Source: Tortispora ganteri
Lineage: Eukaryota
Direction of reading: 5' to 3'
NCBI GenBank assembly: GCA_003707115.1
Contig: PPNB01000004.1
Coordinates: forward strand, 124,001 to 188,000
DNA: 64,000 nt
Below the pieces are notes generated by a model, which did not search any database, was not told the origin of the DNA, and saw only the letters and a program-made list of their open reading frames with translations. The number at the start of each line of letters is the position of its first letter. The first letter of the stretch is position 1. Positions 41,289 through 51,722 of the stretch are shown one piece after another. Made by a program: the position numbers and the translations under genes.

Positions 41289-42623
41289 TTAGTCAGTAGA
41301 TTCAACATTCTCTTGGTCATTTTCACTAGATGAACTTTCATGTACACCTAATCCCATCCTAGTAGAAACATATGATTGAGCAGTGACGCCGAGCACCAGT
41401 CCAAGAGCTTCTTCAATCCACTCCGAGAACCATTGTTCCGCGTCCACTCCTTCAATGATTGGTGTAGACGATTCAAGCCAACGAGCCCATTGCAAAGGCA
41501 ACGGCTGAGAAATAAAACTGGTCTCAATCTCATTAGCAGGATCATATAGATAAGTGATGAAGCAGAAAGATTCTTCGTAAGGAGGATCCATGACAGTTGG
41601 TTGTATGCTTAAGTAGATATTAGACTTGTGCACAGGAATATTGTAAGCAGTAGTAGAATCTAGCTTATTCTCCACTTCAGACTTATCAGAGTTAATTAAG
41701 GCATCAATGCTGGCGCGAGCTAGTTTCTTTCCTGCTTCAATACCTTGCTCACAAAGGTTGAGTTGTCGGGGGCCTATTGAAGAATTTCTTCGTCCAGAAG
41801 TCAGACCTTTCTGTATGACCAGTTCGCCTCCTTCCACTTGCTCCATGACGCGGTCAAAGACTGCGTATACAACAGATTCAATGTTACCATAGCCAGAGAG
41901 GTCATTCAGTAAATGAACTCTAAGCTGTTCATGACCAGGTATAGGAGGAGCTATAGTTGAGAGGACCTTAGTGAAACCTTCGGCCAGCGATTTAGAGATT
42001 TCCGTGGATTTCGCATTTAAATTTAAATGCTTGAACTGAGAACCAACAAGGTCTACGTTGGAGCGGACATTCTGTTCGATCTGGCTGATAATCTGATCAG
42101 GATGCTTTCCTACGGCCGCTTCAGCTGATTTCACAACGCTCATAGCGGAGCTCCAGAGCGAAGATCCAAGCCATCCAGATTGAGAATTAGGTTCAGGTTC
42201 CTTTGATTTGGACTCTTCAGGAGCAGAAGCAGTGTCGGACCTAGTAGGGGCAACTGCTGGGGAAGGTGAAGCTGGAGCCACAGACGCTGGGGGCGTTTGA
42301 GACGGCGTGACACGGACAACAGGTGGAGTGGCTGGCGCAGCAGAAACAGAAGCTTGTGAATTCTTAAGAGATTCAACAGAGGCTAATTGTGCAGATTGTG
42401 CAGATTGTGCAGAACTTTCTGCTGCAGCGGCTGCCTGAGGTGATCGCGTTCCGGAATCGGTGGAAGGTCTACCAGAAGCAAGAGAATCAAAAAAACCAAG
42501 CAGCTCCTTCTCATCAGGTTTCCTAGCTGGATCTCTTCGTATCCGATATCTATTCGATCCTCTTGGAGGCTTTTTAGCTGCGTCAATAGAATCTAACATT
42601 TGCATCACATCATCGTCCGCCAT
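41289..42623 (-). CDS. MTC1: Maintenance of telomere capping protein 1 family
   Basis: DDVMQMLDS, GW.GSSLWSSA, TIAPPI..HEQL, FDRVMEQVEGG, SQPLPLQWARW, AQSYVSTRMG. Confidence 0.82.
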   Translation of the reverse strand: MADDDVMQMLDSIDAAKKPPRGSNRYRIRRDPARKPDEKELLGFFDSLASGRPSTDSGTRSPQAAAAAESSAQSAQSAQLASVESLKNSQASVSAAPATPPVVRVTPSQTPPASVAPASPSPAVAPTRSDTASAPEESKSKEPEPNSQSGWLGSSLWSSAMSVVKSAEAAVGKHPDQIISQIEQNVRSNVDLVGSQFKHLNLNAKSTEISKSLAEGFTKVLSTIAPPIPGHEQLRVHLLNDLSGYGNIESVVYAVFDRVMEQVEGGELVIQKGLTSGRRNSSIGPRQLNLCEQGIEAGKKLARASIDALINSDKSEVENKLDSTTAYNIPVHKSNIYLSIQPTVMDPPYEESFCFITYLYDPANEIETSFISQPLPLQWARWLESSTPIIEGVDAEQWFSEWIEEALGLVLGVTAQSYVSTRMGLGVHESSSSENDQENVESTD

Positions 42624-42797
42624 TATGAATAACTGCTGATTATGTGTTGGGTAGAGGAAGAAGGTATGTGGTCAAGACTGTTGGGAGGGTAGAGTGAGCT
42701 ACACGTTATGCTTATGAAGAGGGAAGGAAGCACCAAGGGAGCGGGCATAACTATTAGAACGACATAGTGCAATGTATAGCAACATAAAGAGACGTAT

Positions 42798-43730
42798 TCA
42801 TTTCAAAGAAACATTAGTTAGCATTGTAGCAAGTAAACTGCAAATGCTATTATCAACAAGCTGTCTAGATATTTCTTCTAGATGTTTCTTAGGATCCTGT
42901 TTACCGACATATCTGACCTTGAGTTGATCATCGTCGAGATCCTTTTCTTCTTTGACTCTAGTAGTATACTGCTCAGATAACGAGGCTAATTTCTGAATTG
43001 CCTCCAAATCTAATTTCTTGGTTGACTTGAAATTGCCAAGATCAAGGCCGTTGGTCCAGTTTTGTTTATGAAGGTTCAAAAGCATGTGTTCTTCTAATGC
43101 CGTTTTCCTAAAATCAATATTAATCGAATAATAGTGTCTGTTTAAGCCATGAATCAATGTCTGAATGCTCGGTTTATTCAGATGGCCGATGTTCGAAGTG
43201 GTTTGTCGCGGTTCAGCGCCCATCATGAATGAACGGGTGTTAATAAGCCTGAAAGCGTCTATGACTACCTTTCCCTTCACACTCTGAATAGGGTCAACAA
43301 CTACAGCAACTGCCCTTGGGTTGAGTTGTTCAAATGATTGTTGTGTATTTATGTCGACGGAAGAGAGCCAGCAGCCAAAACCAGGATGAGAATGATACCA
43401 TCCGACTACAACTTCGTCACGTCCAGTTTGCTTCAACATGTCCATCATCTTCGTCTGGAATACAGGATCAACAGCCTCAACGCTGACACCCGTACCACTT
43501 TGAGGCATAGCGAACACGTCAACAACATGTATACCGTAATCGTCAATGAATTCGCCCAACATAAGACCCATGACCTCCATCGGCACTCCTGCGCGTCCAT
43601 GCTTGAGCATCTTAAGTAGAGCTAAGGAAGAAATATAAACAGTTTCAGAATTATCCACAGTAGGACCAGTTGTAGCGGGTCCTCCTAATCCGGGACCACC
43701 AAGTCCCATCAATGATTGAAATTGGTCCAT
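42798..43730 (-). CDS. RPN11: 26S proteasome lid deubiquitinase (JAMM)
   Basis: [31 protein letters not shown] and [16 protein letters not shown]. Homology favours ATG 43730; an in-frame ATG also exists at 43802. Confidence 0.96.
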   Translation of the reverse strand: MDQFQSLMGLGGPGLGGPATTGPTVDNSETVYISSLALLKMLKHGRAGVPMEVMGLMLGEFIDDYGIHVVDVFAMPQSGTGVSVEAVDPVFQTKMMDMLKQTGRDEVVVGWYHSHPGFGCWLSSVDINTQQSFEQLNPRAVAVVVDPIQSVKGKVVIDAFRLINTRSFMMGAEPRQTTSNIGHLNKPSIQTLIHGLNRHYYSINIDFRKTALEEHMLLNLHKQNWTNGLDLGNFKSTKKLDLEAIQKLASLSEQYTTRVKEEKDLDDDQLKVRYVGKQDPKKHLEEISRQLVDNSICSLLATMLTNVSLK

Positions 43731-43919
43731 ATTGTGGCGGTAATGCGTAAGTTTAAGTATTGGTTGGTTGGTTTGGCTTTGGGATAGACAGACGCTTCCC
43801 ATGGTCGCGGGAGGGGAGTGGGGGGTAAAACCGGGGATATGGGCCTATAGGTAACTGACCTACAAGGAGAGTTCATAGAATTGAATAAATACATTAGAAT
43901 AAATACTTGCAAAATACTA

Positions 43920-44567
43920 TCAAGCAGTTTTGGACTTCTTGGACTTCTTGGACTTTTTCTTCGGGTCTTTAAAAATGAAGTTTACAAGGTAAAACAGGCC
44001 AATGATACTACCAATACTCAACACATAGGCTAGAAGCACCAGCGGATGGTATATAGGAGGGGGAGAATCGTCGACAAATACAGCGCCCTGGTATTCAGAC
44101 TCTTTAACGACAATATCCCCAATTCTGAAATGGGCTGCCATATCTAGTATATAGCGGCCTACAGGAAGATCTGTCAAAACGCGGTGGTTATATTTAAGTG
44201 ACCCATTCACCTCGATGATTAGATCTTGGAACTCACCTTCAGTGAGATTGAAAACAGGAATTGGATATCCAAGTTCGTTTACGGTATAGAAAGTCCCAGT
44301 GACAAGCCTTAAAAATGCAGGTTCTTCCCCCTTGTTGGTGACTTCATATGCCACATCGAGTCTCCTGTTTCTATATACCAAATTGCTATCGAGTTCTCGA
44401 TCGAATAAGGGCCATCGACCTCGAATTTTGAGACCTGTATCTATTTCAAACTGCTGCGCAGATGTGTCCACCCATTGCATATCAGGTTCATTTTTATCGA
44501 TGATTTCAGCATTGACGCCTAATTTAGCAAGCGCAGCCACAGTTGCGAAAATTGTAAACAATTTCAT
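43920..44567 (-). CDS. Type I ER membrane protein, TRAP-alpha/Irc22-like
   Basis: Signal peptide, beta-rich lumenal domain with NLT sequon, single TM, Lys-rich tail encoded by a 9-bp repeat. Confidence 0.6.
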   Translation of the reverse strand: MKLFTIFATVAALAKLGVNAEIIDKNEPDMQWVDTSAQQFEIDTGLKIRGRWPLFDRELDSNLVYRNRRLDVAYEVTNKGEEPAFLRLVTGTFYTVNELGYPIPVFNLTEGEFQDLIIEVNGSLKYNHRVLTDLPVGRYILDMAAHFRIGDIVVKESEYQGAVFVDDSPPPIYHPLVLLAYVLSIGSIIGLFYLVNFIFKDPKKKSKKSKKSKTA

Positions 44568-44685
44568 TTTGTTGTGTGGCCTTATACTTTACGTGTCTGT
44601 TTCGTCGTTTGTGAGATTAACAGCAGTTTCGCTGTAAGTGTGAACTTTAAATCAACTAATGAGGTCTTTTGCTCAGATTAATGAC

Positions 44686-45366
44686 TTATAGGAAAACAAT
44701 ATGACATCCTAAACGACCTTTACCACCCCAATTACTCTCTGGTCGGAGTACAGTATAAAATGTAACTTCGCTGCTCTCCTGTTGCTGCCTCACTGTTATG
44801 GGGATCTCATCTTGTTTGCTGAAATCTACAACTGCTTCGCGAATGTTCCTCCGACCAGTTCTAACTGGTCCAAATGCTAAGATCTTGTCTCCAACACGCA
44901 ATTTAGCCTTTTCTGCAGGACCTTTATCCTCAATCTCATCTATTATAGCAAAGGGGATCAGGTCTTCGGTCTTTTCGTCGCCGCGATTACCTGGCTCTTC
45001 TTTATGTTTGACCACATCGATAGACTTCAGGTTATCACCTTTGTTGCTATTTCTCGTCCGAATCTCGTCAAAGTGTTCTAGAAGTAAAGCACCAATTTTA
45101 CTTGTTACACCATTTACATCATTCCTTGTCCTTATTATCTGCGTTCTAATACGTCTGATTTCAGCGACATTGATGTCTGCCCGCGGGAACCCATCATCGG
45201 TTAACACTGGCGTATCGAAGTTAACACCTTGAGCTGTTAACTGTTCCAAAAGTCCATCAAGAAGTGTTTCATATTCAATTCTGAGCATATCAAGTCGCTG
45301 TAATTCCTGTAAAGTCTCCGTCCTGTCATTTTCCGCCACCGGAAACGCTTCTGTGACTTCCTCCAT
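44686..45366 (-). CDS. NAS2: Proteasome base assembly chaperone (PSMD9/p27, PDZ)
   Basis: LTDDGFPRADINVAEIR, RND, PFA, GPAEKAKLRVGDKILAFG, WGGKGRLGCHI. First ATG is 45366. Confidence 0.92.
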   Translation of the reverse strand: MEEVTEAFPVAENDRTETLQELQRLDMLRIEYETLLDGLLEQLTAQGVNFDTPVLTDDGFPRADINVAEIRRIRTQIIRTRNDVNGVTSKIGALLLEHFDEIRTRNSNKGDNLKSIDVVKHKEEPGNRGDEKTEDLIPFAIIDEIEDKGPAEKAKLRVGDKILAFGPVRTGRRNIREAVVDFSKQDEIPITVRQQQESSEVTFYTVLRPESNWGGKGRLGCHIVFL

Positions 45367-45479
45367 ATTCTCCGTGCTTTCGAAATCACCGTTTCGCGCC
45401 CTTGTCAAAACTCCCAAAGAATACACACATCATGAACATCGACATAATACCAAATTCTCACATTTCGAGAAATTGATTT

Positions 45480-48400
45480 ATGGCTAAAAAGAAGCAAACT
45501 GCATCCTCAATAGAAGATTTGGCTACTAAGCCAACTGCTAGAGAATTGGTAGCCTCTTCTCATTCGTGGACTGGCAAGTTGCCTGCAACCCTATTGCACG
45601 AACATTGTCAAAAATTACATTGGGAAAAGGTGACCTACGACGTAAAACACAATAAAGATGGGTTCAGAGTTATTGTTGATCTGGCAAAGAAAGACCCTAA
45701 ATCTCATGAAATAGTTCATATAAAATATTCACCACCTGCTGAACTGGTGCCTCCGCAACCTACAGCACTAGAAGCTCGTCATTTGGCTGCCACATTCGCT
45801 CTTCACAAAATTGCTTCTCACAAAAATATTCATACCGTGCTGCCTGCTGATCATAAATCTCTTTGGCTGAAACTGGAATCCGTCAGAAAACAGCACATCA
45901 AAGAAGGTCGTGCGGATGACTATGTTCCTGATCCGTTTGCTTTGAAAGCCCAGAAAGAAATTCAAGCTAACCAAGCGAAGAAAGTAACCGAAGCGAAAGC
46001 ATTGAAAATACGCATCGGCGTTGAAAAGCCTGCAACTAAAGCTTCTAGCTATTTTGCTAACGCCCACTCTATAGACCTCCCTCATACAATCAGAGCAAGT
46101 CTGGAGTCCTTGCTAAAGCGGTATATAAATGATCTCTTTCCAAAGCATAAAGCACATTGTCCCATAGATACTGATCTGCAGAACTCAATCGTGTCTAATA
46201 TGACTAAAGCCGGTTTCAGAAAGTCACATGTTCTTGAAGCATTTCAATATTCATCTTCACAAGAGCAAGTCCTCGAATGGCTCCTTATACATGTTCCTGA
46301 AGACGACTTACCGGGCCAGTATCTTCCTCCGAACTACAGATCTGGAGTCACTATACAAGCACTATCACTAAAGGATCAATATGCTGTTCGTCGCCTATGC
46401 TCTTACGGATATCCTTCGGCTCTTGTCGAAGATGTGTATAAAAAACTAAAATCAGAATCTGCTACTAGAACATATCTATTTGACAGGTTAGCTGCAGTTT
46501 CTTTATCTGATACCGTCCCTGCTGAGTCCGATATTGAGATGCTTTCTGAGGACTGGAGAATCGAATATGAAAGTTTGAGTAGCGTTTTTGGTTCAGAATT
46601 TGTTTCTATTTCCGATGATGAAGATTTGATTACAGTGAATATCCAATTAAAACAGGAGTCGACTTTGAAGGTGTTGTTTTTTAAGCGTTCTCGCTACCCT
46701 GATCTGCCAGTTTGTTTCGCCATTCCTAAAGATTCTTCTGACCCCGCGTCATCAAAGCTTCCAGCTTATATTCGTCTCCAAATTGTACGATCAGCCGCTA
46801 GGTACGCTTGCGACAATCTCCTAGGTACACCCATGCTGTACATGCTCTGTGAACATATCAAGGATTCAATTGACAAGATCATTGAGAACCCTGGTCCTCT
46901 TGTTTCACTTACTCAGGCCACTATTGGTGTTTCTGAAGGAGATTCGATTAAACTCCCGACAAGAAAAGAAGACGTTTCCAGAGGAAGAATTTCCTCACAG
47001 GATATCAAATCTGATTATGTGAAGAGATCTCTCACGGCTGAATTCAAAAAAATGATAGCTGCAAGGAAAGCACTTCCGGCCTGGAATATGTCTAAAGATA
47101 TTGTTGATGTAATTAGTTCCCATCGAGTTACTCTGGTCACTGGTGAGACGGGATCGGGAAAATCAACTCAGACTGCTCAGTTCATTTTGGACCAATTCAT
47201 TCTGGCCGGAAAGGGCAGTGAAATTTCGATAATATGTACGCAGCCCCGAAGAGTATCAGCTTTGGGTCTAGCTGACAGAGTATCAGCAGAAAGATGTTCT
47301 AAAGTCGGGTCAGAGGTAGGATATGCTATACGGGGTGAGTCGAAGTCTTCCCGTTCTACGAGGCTAATGTTTGTCACTACGGGTGTAATGCTCAGAATGA
47401 TGCAGTCTGGTATTGATCCTAGCATCACTCATATAATAATTGATGAAGTGCACGAAAGATCGGTGGATAGTGATTTGTTAATCGCCTCCTTAAGACGTAT
47501 AATAATGGCAAACAACAACATTAAAATTATCCTTATGAGTGCTACTGTGGATACAGAACTATTTGTGTCATACTTTGAGCAGAAGAGGTTTCCTGTTGGA
47601 AGAATACATATACCTGGTCGAACCTTCCCTGTAAAATCGTTTTACCTCGAAGACGTGCTGTCTTTGACTGGAATTGACGGTTACGGCGACCAAGGGAAAT
47701 CTGATGGTGATGACGATTCTAGAAGCAAACTTATGTTTTCTTTGGAATCTCAAATAAACTACAAATTATTGACTAGCTTGGTCGGCTCTATACATGAAAG
47801 CCTAGGTTCTGACAATGGGTCTATCTTAATATTTCTCCCTGGCATGGCTGAGATCAATCGAACCATTTCACTCATCGAAAAGTCGTTTCCAAAAACATTT
47901 TATCTATTGCCTCTTCATGCCTCTTTAGCACCATCCAGTCAAAGAAAAGCATTTCAACCTCCGCCTCGAGGGCTGCGAAAAGTTATAGCGTCAACTAACA
48001 TTGCTGAAACGTCCATCACAATACCTGATGTTGTTGCTGTGATTGATTCTGGCAAAGCTAAGGAAATTCGCTACGATGCAATCACGGATATCGTTCGTTT
48101 AAGTGAAGTATGGATTTCAAAAGCAGCAGCTAAACAGAGACAAGGTCGTGCAGGTCGCGTTCGAAGTGGATATTGCTACAAATTGTATTCTAAACACCTT
48201 GAATCCTCAAAGATGGCTGAAAATACTATCCCTGAAATTCGTCGTACTCCAATTGCTCAACTGTGTCTTGATATTAAAGGTATGAATATTATGGACCTCC
48301 ATGAGTTTCTATCTGAGTTAATTGAGCCGCCAGAAGACCAGGCAATAAACAATGCCGTTAAGTATCTGATTAATGCAGGTGCTTTGAACGATGACAAAGA

Positions 48401-49331
48401 GCTTTCGCTTACAACTCTAGGCAAGTACATGGCCATCATTCCAACTGATCTGAAGGCTAGTAAATTGCTAGTATATGGTGCTGTTTTCAATTGCATAGAG
48501 CAATGTGCAACAGTTGCAGCCCTTCTCACTACACGGTCGCCATTTACATCCTCTGTAGAGAAACGCGCTAAAGTTAAAGAGACTCGGACATCTTTTGCAC
48601 CAGGGCAAGGTGATTTATTATGTGATATGCACGCGGTGGAAAAATGGCTAGAGATGAAAAATTCTCGTCCTTACTACGAGGTAAATGAATGGTGCTTAGA
48701 TCAAGGACTCTCTCCAACAAATCTTTTGGACATTGAGTCTGCAAGATTGACCTATATTTCATTTATAGATGAGTTAGGTATTTCTTCTAAATCATTTGGG
48801 CCTAACTTCAAGGTATCAGATCAGCTAATAAAGTCTTTGATTTCAGCTGCTCTTTACCCCAATACTTGTCGTATTGTAAAGCCTGATCCAAAGTATCGCA
48901 ATATGGCACACGGTACACTTGAAGTTGATTCGGATGCTAAATCGATCAAGTTTTTCTCAATGGCAAATAATCGTGTCTTTATTCATCCGTCTTCTACTCT
49001 ATTTGATTATCAATCATACGCTAGCAACTTATGTTTTATGAACTATGCTTCTAACATAAATAGCAGCAAGTCTTTTATTCAAGAATTGACGCCATGCTCG
49101 GTTTACCCTATTCTTCTTTTGAACAATGTTGAAATAACAATTGACGGATCTGGATATGGTCTTCTCCTTGGTGGATGGGCAAGATTTAAATGCTGGGCAC
49201 GGATCGGCGTACTGTTGCGCTCTTTACAAAGGCTCTTTGATTTGGTTCTTGAACGAAAATTGATAGATGCTACATATGACTTAAGTTCCAGTGATGTTCT
49301 GAAGACTATATATACTTTAATAACCGCTTAA
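45480..49331 (+). CDS. DEAH-box RNA helicase with UBA/RWD domains (DHX57/YLR419W/Ucp12-like)
   Basis: SWTGKLPATLLHEHCQK, LEWLLIHVPEDDLP, GETGSGKSTQ, DEVH, SAT, QRQGRAGRV. Confidence 0.9.
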   Translation: MAKKKQTASSIEDLATKPTARELVASSHSWTGKLPATLLHEHCQKLHWEKVTYDVKHNKDGFRVIVDLAKKDPKSHEIVHIKYSPPAELVPPQPTALEARHLAATFALHKIASHKNIHTVLPADHKSLWLKLESVRKQHIKEGRADDYVPDPFALKAQKEIQANQAKKVTEAKALKIRIGVEKPATKASSYFANAHSIDLPHTIRASLESLLKRYINDLFPKHKAHCPIDTDLQNSIVSNMTKAGFRKSHVLEAFQYSSSQEQVLEWLLIHVPEDDLPGQYLPPNYRSGVTIQALSLKDQYAVRRLCSYGYPSALVEDVYKKLKSESATRTYLFDRLAAVSLSDTVPAESDIEMLSEDWRIEYESLSSVFGSEFVSISDDEDLITVNIQLKQESTLKVLFFKRSRYPDLPVCFAIPKDSSDPASSKLPAYIRLQIVRSAARYACDNLLGTPMLYMLCEHIKDSIDKIIENPGPLVSLTQATIGVSEGDSIKLPTRKEDVSRGRISSQDIKSDYVKRSLTAEFKKMIAARKALPAWNMSKDIVDVISSHRVTLVTGETGSGKSTQTAQFILDQFILAGKGSEISIICTQPRRVSALGLADRVSAERCSKVGSEVGYAIRGESKSSRSTRLMFVTTGVMLRMMQSGIDPSITHIIIDEVHERSVDSDLLIASLRRIIMANNNIKIILMSATVDTELFVSYFEQKRFPVGRIHIPGRTFPVKSFYLEDVLSLTGIDGYGDQGKSDGDDDSRSKLMFSLESQINYKLLTSLVGSIHESLGSDNGSILIFLPGMAEINRTISLIEKSFPKTFYLLPLHASLAPSSQRKAFQPPPRGLRKVIASTNIAETSITIPDVVAVIDSGKAKEIRYDAITDIVRLSEVWISKAAAKQRQGRAGRVRSGYCYKLYSKHLESSKMAENTIPEIRRTPIAQLCLDIKGMNIMDLHEFLSELIEPPEDQAINNAVKYLINAGALNDDKELSLTTLGKYMAIIPTDLKASKLLVYGAVFNCIEQCATVAALLTTRSPFTSSVEKRAKVKETRTSFAPGQGDLLCDMHAVEKWLEMKNSRPYYEVNEWCLDQGLSPTNLLDIESARLTYISFIDELGISSKSFGPNFKVSDQLIKSLISAALYPNTCRIVKPDPKYRNMAHGTLEVDSDAKSIKFFSMANNRVFIHPSSTLFDYQSYASNLCFMNYASNINSSKSFIQELTPCSVYPILLLNNVEITIDGSGYGLLLGGWARFKCWARIGVLLRSLQRLFDLVLERKLIDATYDLSSSDVLKTIYTLITA

Positions 49332-49373
49332 TTGCGGAGTTTCTTTGATAATACGCGTGCTTAATCTTGACTT

Positions 49374-50900
49374 TCAGCTCACATGATGCATATGAACTTG
49401 TGTCTTGCATTCAGGTCTTCTTGTGAACGCGACAAGGTTCTTGCGCACTTCACTTGAAAGAATAGTTGATCCAGATGTGACTACAATCAGTTGCTCTTTG
49501 CACGGGGCCGCCAAATTCTCAAATTCTCGGCTCCAGTGCGGCTTACCGTACCAAGTTCGCGATTGAAGATGCGTTACAGGATCATGTAACATTGAATCTG
49601 CATCCAGAGTCATTAATTTTTCCACATCTTGAAGCTCAAATTCACTCGATATGAACATTTTCATCTTAAACATCATAGTTCCTAAGTTGCTCTCGAACTT
49701 CTGCAAGTGGGGTATTGCCCACTCAGCTGCTTCGAACGATGAACAAATCCAATAGAGATGGACTTTATTTAGTTTGATTTTTAGCTTTTTTTGCTGATTC
49801 ATCTTTAGCAAATAATTAAATAGAGAAATGAATGGAGTAAGTCCAACACCATTAGCGATGAGCAAACACGTGTCATATTCTGTACATAATGTCAATGATG
49901 GGCCATAAGGACCGGATAATAGAAATGTCGGAAAGCTGCTTTGTTTTGGCCCAGCTTTTTCAAATTCACAACTTGTCTGGCACAGTTTCTGACAGAGATC
50001 GTTCGTGAACCCACCTACTGACTTTATATAAAATTGCGCTCCTGATTCATCACTGGATAATGTGCAGGAAAAAGGATGATCTTGAGTGAGTGATATTTGA
50101 GGGCAACGTATTTGTGCATATTGTCCAGGACTTGCTCTGAATCCTGCCTTGTTTAATGACAGTTCTATGACTCCAGTAGGATGATATGCTGCAGCAAGGA
50201 TTTTAGCCGGATACCAGATCTGATGCAGGTTATATAGCTTTTCAGCAAAATATGCAAGTCCAAAGGGTAGCCACACAAGCCATCCCCATCCATGAGAATA
50301 AATAGCACCATCGTTGATACGAATCACATGTATAGACGCGTGTGCTGTCCATATAACCAGCAAGGGGATATATAGAATATGAGTGTATCTGAAAAGACTG
50401 TATATTATTTTGCGAATCCGCGCTAGAGCAGCAACTGATATGAATAGCAAAAGACATATTGCTATGTATCCGGTTATGGCTACATTTGAAGTGAAAAGTA
50501 ACTGTTTTAAATGCTTTCCGTCCGGCGCATGGCTACCAGCAGTAGTAAAGCCTGCAACATGGCCAATGATGTGTATAAGTGTAAAAAAGACCATCGAAAA
50601 TGCACATAATCTGTGTGCTCTTATTCTATCAAATTCCAAGTAGCCGTAAACTAACTTGCGAAGCTTTGGAATATCACTGAGACCATCGAGACTTGTACAA
50701 GCAAATGCAAATACTAAGGCTATGTCTAATTGCAAAACTGTACCAGCAGCTTTAGCTAGCGTCAAACCACCACCAAATAAAGATCGAGAATACGACAATT
50801 GCTCAGTTGCTAAATACACAATTAAAGCAGCCAAAAACACTACTAGTCTTATCAATATTTGCAGATAGTCAAACAAGCGGAAATTACTGAAGAGATGCAT
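49374..50900 (-). CDS. NADPH oxidase (gp91phox/NoxB-like) homologue with divergent C-terminal motifs, 508 aa
   Basis: About 6 TMs, heme His pairs H-x13-H and H-x12-H, PGQY, HPFS, GGFT, GPYG, GVGLTPF, HLYWIC, DPVTHLQSRTWYGKPHW. First ATG is 50900. Confidence 0.78.
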   Translation of the reverse strand: MHLFSNFRLFDYLQILIRLVVFLAALIVYLATEQLSYSRSLFGGGLTLAKAAGTVLQLDIALVFAFACTSLDGLSDIPKLRKLVYGYLEFDRIRAHRLCAFSMVFFTLIHIIGHVAGFTTAGSHAPDGKHLKQLLFTSNVAITGYIAICLLLFISVAALARIRKIIYSLFRYTHILYIPLLVIWTAHASIHVIRINDGAIYSHGWGWLVWLPFGLAYFAEKLYNLHQIWYPAKILAAAYHPTGVIELSLNKAGFRASPGQYAQIRCPQISLTQDHPFSCTLSSDESGAQFYIKSVGGFTNDLCQKLCQTSCEFEKAGPKQSSFPTFLLSGPYGPSLTLCTEYDTCLLIANGVGLTPFISLFNYLLKMNQQKKLKIKLNKVHLYWICSSFEAAEWAIPHLQKFESNLGTMMFKMKMFISSEFELQDVEKLMTLDADSMLHDPVTHLQSRTWYGKPHWSREFENLAAPCKEQLIVVTSGSTILSSEVRKNLVAFTRRPECKTQVHMHHVS

Positions 50901-51261
50901 GATACCTCTGACCAATTTGCCGTAGAAAATGGCACTGTCTAACCAAATATATTCATTTCGCCGCTCCTTTACATACCTGAAACGTAACGGCTCCTTTGTA
51001 TGAATAGCGTAGGATCTAAATCAGATGCTAGAATCGAGTTCTGGAACAGTATTACAATTAAACCATCTACAATTTAAGCTTCGCATTTATAGTACAAGAT
51101 AAGGCTTATTATTGGTCAGACCTATTCAAAGAGGACTAAGAATCAGATTAGGCATATATTAAGTTTCCTATGTAGATTCGTAATTGGCTAAATAATGTAT
51201 TATAGCGTTCAAAGGATTCTAATCGGTTTTAAAGTCATTAGTCCTCGGAGGTCAAAGAATT

Positions 51262-51307
51262 CAACAATGACACCTACAGGGTCATTGTTGCCTTCCTACA
51301 TGGGTAA
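51262..51307. promoter_or_regulatory. Inverted pair of CATTGT (alpha1/HMG-type) sites next to an Mcm1 box
   Basis: CAACAATGAC (51262-51271) / GTCATTGTTG (51281-51290) perfect inverted repeat, then TT-CC-TACATG-GG-TAA (51293-51307), upstream of STE3. Confidence 0.55.
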
Positions 51308-51722
51308 TCCCACTTTCAAGACTACACCAATGAACCTTCAGATTGATTCATGTACGTTCGCTTAAGTTCTAGAATGATTCCAGGTTGTTGCGGATGTCTG
51401 CAATATTCCAGTGATATATCGTGGCTAAGGCCGTTGGAGTAGAGCGGTGCCCGGGATTGACATATCTGAACTTTCCTTGTCATGCAATACCGATAAAGAG
51501 GTACATTCTTTCCCGATTCAGCGAAGTATAGAAGCTACATTGAGATTAGGAGCACTATATGCTCATATGATTGGCGCATTAGTGCTAATTATGGTCTGCA
51601 GACTTGTTTAAATGAGAATTAAGATTTTCTCTTTGAAAATAGCAGATCTGAAGTTATATAAGAGAATATGAAATCCGGGGATTTACAAGGATACTAATCT
51701 CGCGGGAAATCTTCAGAATATC

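Noticed and set aside
42388..42413. 9-bp tandem repeats (TGTGCAGAT x3 here; TTGGACTTC x3 near 43930)
   Set aside because: In-frame low-complexity coding repeats (SAQ, KSK), not CRISPR or mobile-element repeats.
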